DNA of 11,903 nt, from NCBI GenBank assembly GCA_023137195.1, contig JAGLPV010000039.1, positions 1-11,903 on the forward strand. Reading direction: 5' to 3'. This document shows positions 6,452 through 11,903 of this stretch, in pieces. The notes under the pieces are model-generated. The model saw only the letters and a list, made by a program, of their open reading frames with translations. It had not been told where the DNA came from and ran no database searches. Position numbers and translations under genes: made by a program. Within the stretch, counting starts at the first letter, position 1. The number at the start of each line of letters is the position of its first letter. The stretch comes from Candidatus Aenigmatarchaeota archaeon. Lineage in GTDB: Archaea; EX4484-52.

Positions 6452-7804
6452 ATGAAAGAATTATTTAATCCTAAATCAATTGCCATAATCGGAGCATCCG
6501 CCAACCACAAAAAATTCGGATATGTTATATTAAAAAATATAATTGAATTCAAATTTAAAGGGAAAATATATCCAATATCTCCAAAACATAAAGAGATTTT
6601 CTCCATTAAATGCTATCCTTCGGTGCTTGATGTAAGTAAAAAAATAGATGTTGCTGTGGTGGTGACACCGCCGAATATTGCCAATATTGTTATAGCTGAA
6701 TGCGTAAAAAAAGAAATCCCTTATGTTGTTGTAATCACAGCAGGCTATAAGGAAATCGGAGGAATTGGAATAAAAAGAGAAGAGGAATTAAAGGAAATCA
6801 TCAAAGACTCGAAAACAAGGATATTGGGTCCTAACTGCATAGGGGTGTTTGACAATTACGGCAAAATTGATACTCTCTTCCTGCCGAAATACAAGATTAC
6901 GAAACCGGAACAGGGATATGTTTCTATAATCAGCCAGAGTGGAGCGGTAGGTCTGTCTATGATTGATGTTGCGGCAAACAGGAAACTCAATATCGCCAGA
7001 TTTGCGAGTTTTGGAAACAACACAGACATCGGGGCGGTTGATTTGCTCAAATACATGGCTGATGACCCTAAAACAAAAGTAATCATAATGTATATAGAAG
7101 GCATTGAAAAAGGAAGAGAACTGTATGAAACCCTTAAAAAAACAACAAAGAAAAAACCAGTAATTATTTTTAAATCAGGAAAATCCGAGAAAGGAAAAAC
7201 TGCCGCGGCTTCACATACAGGAAACCTTGCCGGCTCTTACCAGATATTCCAGTCTGCAATGAAGCAGGCAGGAGCAGTAGAAGCAACGTCTCTTGACCAA
7301 TTATTTGAGTTTGCAACAACCATGGAGCAGTATGGTACTCTAAAAAATAAAATAAAAAACCTGGCGATTATTACTGACGGTGGTGGTTTTGGGGTGATGG
7401 CTACAGATGCCGCATCAAAAAAAGACTTTGAACTCCCGGATTTCCAGCAGGCAACAATTGATAAAATCCAAACGGTCATGCCTTCTTATGCTACAATCCA
7501 TAATCCCCTGGATTTGATTGGCGATGCAGACACAAACAGGTATGCTGTATCTATATACAGCATAATCCAGGACAAAAATATTGATGCTATCATCATCATT
7601 CTCCTGCTCCAGATTTCATCCCTTAGTCCTGATATTGTGGACGTCATTGTAAATGCAAAAAGAAAAACAAAAAAGCCCATCGTGGTCATTGCAATGGGAG
7701 ACCACTATGCAAAAGTGCTTATTGACACGCTTAAAGAAGAAGATGTTCCTGTATTCGGCTCGCCAAGAAGGGCAGTAAATGCATTGAGTTGTCTGAATCG
7801 ATAA
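6452..7804 (+). CDS. acdA: ADP-forming acetate/acyl-CoA ligase, alpha subunit (CoA-binding plus ligase flavodoxin-like domains)
   Basis: LFNPKSIAIIGAS, ILGPNCIG, ISQSGA, SFGN..D, YIEG, KSGKS, phospho-His motif ASHTGNLAG, GGGFGVMATD, NPLDLIGDA. ATG at 6452 preferred (450 aa), with TATTTAAATA 23-32 nt upstream. Confidence 0.92.
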   Translation: MKELFNPKSIAIIGASANHKKFGYVILKNIIEFKFKGKIYPISPKHKEIFSIKCYPSVLDVSKKIDVAVVVTPPNIANIVIAECVKKEIPYVVVITAGYKEIGGIGIKREEELKEIIKDSKTRILGPNCIGVFDNYGKIDTLFLPKYKITKPEQGYVSIISQSGAVGLSMIDVAANRKLNIARFASFGNNTDIGAVDLLKYMADDPKTKVIIMYIEGIEKGRELYETLKKTTKKKPVIIFKSGKSEKGKTAAASHTGNLAGSYQIFQSAMKQAGAVEATSLDQLFEFATTMEQYGTLKNKIKNLAIITDGGGFGVMATDAASKKDFELPDFQQATIDKIQTVMPSYATIHNPLDLIGDADTNRYAVSIYSIIQDKNIDAIIIILLLQISSLSPDIVDVIVNAKRKTKKPIVVIAMGDHYAKVLIDTLKEEDVPVFGSPRRAVNALSCLNR

Positions 7805-7835
7805 CTATTTTAACTTTAGTATTATATTATTTAAT

Positions 7836-8591
7836 ATGGGTGACTTAAAAAAGGCAATGGTTGAGACTGGCATTGATAAATTTTTGGAACTTGTCAGCAT
7901 AAAAAAATCAATATCTCTTAAGGAAGCGTCAAAGATACTTTCTGTCCCAACCGATGTCCTTGAAAACTGGAGCAATATATTGAGCAAGGAAAAAATTGTT
8001 TCAATAGACTATGACAGTTATGGGAACATGGTTGTGTTTATTACACAGAAAAATGTTGAATCAAAAATAAAGAAAGTGGATTCGCTCAAAAGAACTATAG
8101 AGGATAAGACAAAACTTGTTGAAACAAACATTGCTGTCAAAGAAAAAGATTTGAAGGAAGAAACAAAACAACTGGATGCTCTTGAAGAGAAATTAAAGAA
8201 AGAAGTAGGATATACTAAGGAATTATATATTGAATTTGAAAAAGTTGTGTTGATTGAAAAGGAACTGAACAAAAAAGTTGCTGTGTTGAAAGAAAATAAA
8301 ACAGAACTTTCAAAATACATAAAATCCACAACAAAAAATATAGATGTAAAGCTAAGAACTATCCAGCATGCGGAAAAGGAAATCAAAAAATACGAAAAGA
8401 TAAAGAACAATATAAAAAAGGATATTGATCTTATAAAAAAAATTTCCCGGAGTATGAGAGGGAGTCACCACCAGATTGATGAAAAAAATATAAAGGATAT
8501 TGAAAAACGCCAGAAAAAAATATTGCATGAAAATAAAAATCTCAACTCAAAATATAGTATCATCAACAAAATCGTTAACCGATTTAAATGA
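7836..8591 (+). CDS. Hypothetical protein: N-terminal winged-HTH-like domain plus long coiled coil
   Basis: 251 aa. The first ~70 aa (TGIDKFLELV..KKSISLKEASKILSVPTDVLENWSNILSKEKIVSIDY) have wHTH helix spacing with a beta wing. The rest is K/E-rich with heptad periodicity and no Pro. Confidence 0.7.
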   Translation: MGDLKKAMVETGIDKFLELVSIKKSISLKEASKILSVPTDVLENWSNILSKEKIVSIDYDSYGNMVVFITQKNVESKIKKVDSLKRTIEDKTKLVETNIAVKEKDLKEETKQLDALEEKLKKEVGYTKELYIEFEKVVLIEKELNKKVAVLKENKTELSKYIKSTTKNIDVKLRTIQHAEKEIKKYEKIKNNIKKDIDLIKKISRSMRGSHHQIDEKNIKDIEKRQKKILHENKNLNSKYSIINKIVNRFK

Positions 8592-9273
8592 TTATCTCCT
8601 TTTGAGTGTTTGTGTATATGTCGTTTACTGTTAGTTTTATCTCGTCCTTTTTGTTTTCATTGTATTTTTCAAATTCAAAGACATAATCGCAGAATAAAGA
8701 CATCAAAGCTACGGTTTCTTTGTCCTGTGCGTCTTTGTCCATTATCAAAAAAAGGGTTGCGTTGTTTTTCTTTATATTTCCGATCAGGTGATGAAAAAAC
8801 CGTTTTGTAAGCACCGGGTCTTTCTGGACAAGGGAAACAGAAATATTATCATAGACGTTGATTAGCTCGGGAGTGATATTCCATAAGTTTTCATTTGATT
8901 TATTGATAGAGATATTTATCTCGTTCAATGCCTGTGGGTTTGAAACATTGACAACCCGCTCTGTATCTGTAACAGTCTCACCCACGCTTTTTGAATATGC
9001 ATCAATCCAGTTGAACATGTTTTTTTGTTCATATTCATCTATATTGATGTTGTTGTTTGCAAAAATCATGTTTATCATATCCGGTTTGTTGTTTGTTGTG
9101 ATATAAAGCACGGCATCGCCGTTTTTAAGCCGGTTTTCCAGTATTTTCATTAAAATTATCTCTTTTTTTGAATTTTTGCTACCCAGAAATAAGACTGAGC
9201 TCTTTTTTACTATGCCCCCGCCCAGTTCCTTGTCTATTTTGTCAATGTATGTCTTTACAAATTCAAACTGCAT
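8584..9273 (-). CDS. KaiC/RAD55-like RecA-superfamily single-domain ATPase with degenerate catalytic motifs
   Basis: VKTYIDKIDKELGGGI...SVLFLG, LKNGDAVLYIT, WIDAYS, Walker B-like INVYDNIS, and CDYVFEF. ATG at 9273 preferred over the TTG at 9279. TTTATATA lies 21-28 nt upstream. Confidence 0.8.
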   Translation of the reverse strand: MQFEFVKTYIDKIDKELGGGIVKKSSVLFLGSKNSKKEIILMKILENRLKNGDAVLYITTNNKPDMINMIFANNNINIDEYEQKNMFNWIDAYSKSVGETVTDTERVVNVSNPQALNEINISINKSNENLWNITPELINVYDNISVSLVQKDPVLTKRFFHHLIGNIKKNNATLFLIMDKDAQDKETVALMSLFCDYVFEFEKYNENKKDEIKLTVNDIYTNTQKEIII

Positions 9274-9303
9274 AAGCAATTATAAGTTAAAATTATATAA
9301 ATG

Positions 9304-9567
9304 TCATTTTTTGGAAAAGGATAGTTGTTTGCAGTTCTGTCCTATTTCTAAGAAAGCCCATGCCCATATTACTGCCTCAAAGCTTCTTATGTAGTCTTTT
9401 TGCTTTAGAAAATAATCTGTGTCTTTTATGTAGCACTGGGCGTTCCGGACGATATAATTGGATTTGTCGTTGTTTTTTTCAATCCTGCTTATCTTTTCCT
9501 GCGCTTTTTTTAGCCATTTTAATGTCTGGGTTTTTAATTCAATGTCTGTTGTGTTTTCAGATTTCAT
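9304..9567 (-). CDS. DUF357 domain-containing protein
   Basis: 87 aa. A.CYIKDTDYFLKQKDYIRSFEAVIWAWAFLEIG matches the archaeal DUF357 pattern (Y..D..YF....D.....A...A...L..G). Confidence 0.8.
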   Translation of the reverse strand: MKSENTTDIELKTQTLKWLKKAQEKISRIEKNNDKSNYIVRNAQCYIKDTDYFLKQKDYIRSFEAVIWAWAFLEIGQNCKQLSFSKK

Positions 9568-9787
9568 AATAGATTTTTTTGCCCATGTCCCAGAGGCGGT
9601 TTATTGACGAAGTCATGCCTCTTAGCTTTGCGGGGCTCGGAGATGTTATGTTTATTGAAATAGAATTGTTGTGCTTGCTGAACTGGGTCTTTTGGTTTTG
9701 TTGCGATTCTTTACTGTATTCTGCGATAATTGCATCTTCAAATATATCCGGGAAAGCTTTGTTTTTGTCTTTTAGAACTAGGTTCAT
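9557..9787 (-). CDS. pcc1: KEOPS complex subunit Pcc1-like protein (divergent)
   Basis: 76 aa from the ATG at 9787, in an ATGA overlap with the rpoP stop. ISINITSPSPAKLRGMTSSINRL resembles Pcc1 I.I.A.D...LRA..NS.LR. A position downstream of rpoP is conserved in archaea. Confidence 0.65.
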   Translation of the reverse strand: MNLVLKDKNKAFPDIFEDAIIAEYSKESQQNQKTQFSKHNNSISINITSPSPAKLRGMTSSINRLWDMGKKIYYEI

Positions 9788-9930
9788 ATGCACTCTATTT
9801 CCCGTTTGCCTTTTTTTGGTTGTTTAAAGAATATTTTCGAAGAACAATAAGGACATGATATTACGCTGCCGAAATTAAGTTCTTTGACTTCTTTTCTGCA
9901 TACACTACATATATACTTTCCTTCTGCCAT
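9784..9930 (-). CDS. rpoP: DNA-directed RNA polymerase subunit P (Rpo12)
   Basis: Translated by hand; not in the ORF track: MAEGKYICSVCRKEVKELNFGSVISCPYCSSKIFFKQPKKGKREIECI* (48 aa). Shows the Y.C..C...CPYC..KI.FK zinc ribbon. Confidence 0.9.
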   Translation of the reverse strand: MAEGKYICSVCRKEVKELNFGSVISCPYCSSKIFFKQPKKGKREIECI

Positions 9931-9964
9931 AACATATTTAAAAAACAAAATATTAAAAAGTATT
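9931..9964. promoter_or_regulatory. Overlapping divergent promoters in a 34-bp gap (rpoP / GT4)
   Basis: TATTTAAAAA at 9935-9944 for the + gene and TTTTTAATA (minus strand, 9959-9951) for rpoP, each about 21-30 nt from its ATG. Confidence 0.6.
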
Positions 9965-11101
9965 ATGCAAACGAGAATCCTGATTTTGGGCTCAAAAGAA
10001 TACCCTTTTGGCTGCGGGACGGATAAAATAAAATCCGGGGGGATAGAGAGCTATACTGAGGGGCTGGCAGAGGAATTTGGTGGGAAAAAGGATGTTGAGA
10101 TTGTTATAATAACCAGGAAGTTTGAAAATCAAAAATCCTATGAAAAAAACAAAAATATTGAAGTTTACCGGGTTCCGTGGATAAGAGGGTTTTATTTTAG
10201 AAATCCTAGTTTTAATATCCATGCGTTCTTAAAGGCGCTTGGGCTTGAGTTTGATGTTATTATTGCGCAGGGACCTGTGGCTGTGTTCTTTTCTATTATT
10301 TTGTCTAAATTTAAAAAAGTGAAAGTTATTGGGAGATGTGCTGGTATTTCTGCGAGCCAGCCGCAGTATGGCGGTTTCCTGAAGAAAATATTTTTTTACC
10401 TGGAAAGATTTGTGTATGGGAAAGCAGATGCTGTTGTTTTCGGGAGTGATGAAGAAAAAAAACAGTTTGAGGCAAAATTGAAATTCCTGCCGGGAAAAAC
10501 TATTGTTATTCCTACCGGCGTTAAAATACCGGATGTTAAAGAAAAATGTGATTCATGTAATAAAATACAGGTTTGCTTTGTCGGGAGGCTTCTTGAGGTT
10601 AAGGGAGTTACGTATTTGATTGAGGCGGTGGGTTTGCTTGGGCAATCGTTTAAGGATAAAATAAAGATTTTGATTGTGGGAGATGGTCCTCAAAGAAAGG
10701 CGTTGGAGGAATTGGTGAGGCGAAAACATCTCGGAGTGATTGTTGAATTTGCAGGGCATAAATCTAAGCAGGAATGCGGCAGGATAATGCAGGAAAGTGA
10801 TATCTTTGTCCTGCCTTCTGTTTCTGAAGGTCTGCCACTGGCTCTCCTGGAGGCCATGGCAAACAGGTGCGCATGTATTGTGACAAATATAGGGCTTCCG
10901 GTGAAAGATAAAAAGGATGCATTGGTTGTTGAGGCGAAAAATCCCGGAGAATTGAAGAATGCGATTGAATTGCTTGTTGGAGATAAGAAATTGAGGGATG
11001 AACTGGGAAGGAATGCATTTGAAAAGGTGAAAAAGGATTACAGTTGGGAAAAGGCGGTTGAGAAATATCTGGGGCTTGTCTCGGGGCTAAGAGTTGTATA
11101 A
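9965..11101 (+). CDS. Glycosyltransferase family 4 (GT-B fold)
   Basis: SGGIESY, VIPTGV, FVGRLLEVKG, IVGDGP, DIFVLPS..EGLPLALLEAMA (E-x7-E), YSWE. ATG at 9965 (378 aa); the track start at 9884 would overlap rpoP. Confidence 0.93.
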   Translation: MQTRILILGSKEYPFGCGTDKIKSGGIESYTEGLAEEFGGKKDVEIVIITRKFENQKSYEKNKNIEVYRVPWIRGFYFRNPSFNIHAFLKALGLEFDVIIAQGPVAVFFSIILSKFKKVKVIGRCAGISASQPQYGGFLKKIFFYLERFVYGKADAVVFGSDEEKKQFEAKLKFLPGKTIVIPTGVKIPDVKEKCDSCNKIQVCFVGRLLEVKGVTYLIEAVGLLGQSFKDKIKILIVGDGPQRKALEELVRRKHLGVIVEFAGHKSKQECGRIMQESDIFVLPSVSEGLPLALLEAMANRCACIVTNIGLPVKDKKDALVVEAKNPGELKNAIELLVGDKKLRDELGRNAFEKVKKDYSWEKAVEKYLGLVSGLRVV

Positions 11102-11903
11102 TTTCCTGTAAACTGCCATATTATTCTTTATCTTCTTTTTTGAGAGGTGGCAATGCTCGTTCATGTATTCTGTGATTTGGGTGTCATTGCTTACATGGAA
11201 TTTCATCCTTGCGTATGTGGCAATTTTTGAAGGGAACCTGAAATCAGAAGGGCCTGTTTCATATCTTTGCTTTTTTGAGATGGCAATTCCTGCTGACAGA
11301 AACATGCTTATGTAAACCAGGTATCTCCAGTAGGTTGCCTTTATTCTTCCACGGAATATATCTGCATTCGAGAGCATTTCGTAGGCGTTTTTTATGTCTT
11401 CTGGTTTTGTGTATTGGTGAGGGATGTTTTCCCTGATCCATTCGGCAAAGGTGCCCTTGTCCTCGTTGTTTTTTGACATCACTTCCATAGAGGCGTTTAT
11501 TGACCTGGATTTGAATATGATTTTCAGGCATTTTTTGATGTCGCTTACGCTGTCCCTGAAATTGTCTTTTGAAATTTTATTGTAAGAGATTTTGCCGTCT
11601 GTTAAGTATGCGACTTCTGTCTCTATTAAAGCGCAGCGGATATCGCTGTCGCAAACCCTGGCGATGTAGTCGAGTGCTTTTTGCTCGTATTCTATGTTGT
11701 TGGTTTGACAGACTTTTGAGAGAAAAGCTACTGTTTCTTCAACAGGCACTTTCTTTAATTCTAATCTGGTGGCTATTTTTTTTATTGCTTTTAATGATTT
11801 GGCGCTCAAGTCCTGCGCTGAAAATATGACGGGGTATTTTGAGATTCTGATTAGTTCTTCTGCTTCTTTCTGGGGGCTTTTTAATTTTGTTTCCTTTATT
11901 TTT
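11087..11903 (-). CDS. rfcL: Replication factor C large subunit, C-terminal part (5' end outside the window)
   Basis: The frame is open to the window edge (KIKETKLKSPQKEAEELIRISKYPVIFSAQD...). DIRCAL sensor-2 region and WIRENIPHQY...AYEMLSNADIFRGRI..TYWRYLVY are typical of archaeal RFC-L. Confidence 0.88.
   Translation of the reverse strand, partial: KIKETKLKSPQKEAEELIRISKYPVIFSAQDLSAKSLKAIKKIATRLELKKVPVEETVAFLSKVCQTNNIEYEQKALDYIARVCDSDIRCALIETEVAYLTDGKISYNKISKDNFRDSVSDIKKCLKIIFKSRSINASMEVMSKNNEDKGTFAEWIRENIPHQYTKPEDIKNAYEMLSNADIFRGRIKATYWRYLVYISMFLSAGIAISKKQRYETGPSDFRFPSKIATYARMKFHVSNDTQITEYMNEHCHLSKKKIKNNMAVYRKLYNS

Noticed and set aside
8584-9273. Circadian KaiC or RadA/RadB recombinase call
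   Set aside because: Single domain with degenerate catalytic motifs, no kaiA/kaiB, and no RadA N-terminal HhH domain or RadB KHR motif.
9884-9964. ORF-track N-terminal extension of GT4 (likewise the extensions at 6313-6384, 6431-6451 and 9274-9279)
   Set aside because: Family homology begins at downstream ATGs that have correctly spaced TATA boxes. The GT4 extension would also overlap rpoP.
469-11829. Remaining short ORFs nested antisense to the main genes (e.g. 985-1377, 3460-3741, 4528-4893, 8018-8410, 11259-11531)
   Set aside because: Shadow ORFs of well-supported genes with no independent motifs.
1-11903. Defence island, provirus or autonomous mobile element
   Set aside because: No integrase, transposase, RT, nuclease-toxin, methyltransferase or capsid motifs; the gene content is mostly housekeeping.

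Overview
AT-rich, very compact archaeal chromosomal segment with 14 supported CDS and no rRNA, tRNA, CRISPR array or transposase that I can see. The archaeal call rests on rpoP, Pcc1, DUF357, the RFC large subunit, archaeal MinD and TATA-type promoters. A DPANN-type host is my inference from compactness and from the unknown families. Left to right: HhH-GPD DNA glycosylase, MinD, DUF35 Zn-ribbon/OB-fold protein, two tandem paralogous lipoprotein-like surface proteins, a divergent membrane-anchored BatA/VWA protein, sugar-phosphate nucleotidyltransferase, ADP-forming acyl-CoA synthetase alpha subunit, HTH/coiled-coil protein, degenerate KaiC/RAD55-like ATPase, DUF357, Pcc1, RpoP (48 aa, absent from the ORF track), GT4 glycosyltransferase and a partial RFC large subunit. 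The least explained part is the cell-surface block at 2290-5600: paired lipoproteins and a sequon-rich VWA protein flanked by two strongly palindromic intergenic regions. The KaiC-like pseudo-ATPase and its convergent HTH/coiled-coil neighbour come next. All family calls come from motif recognition, not database searches, so novelty is not established.
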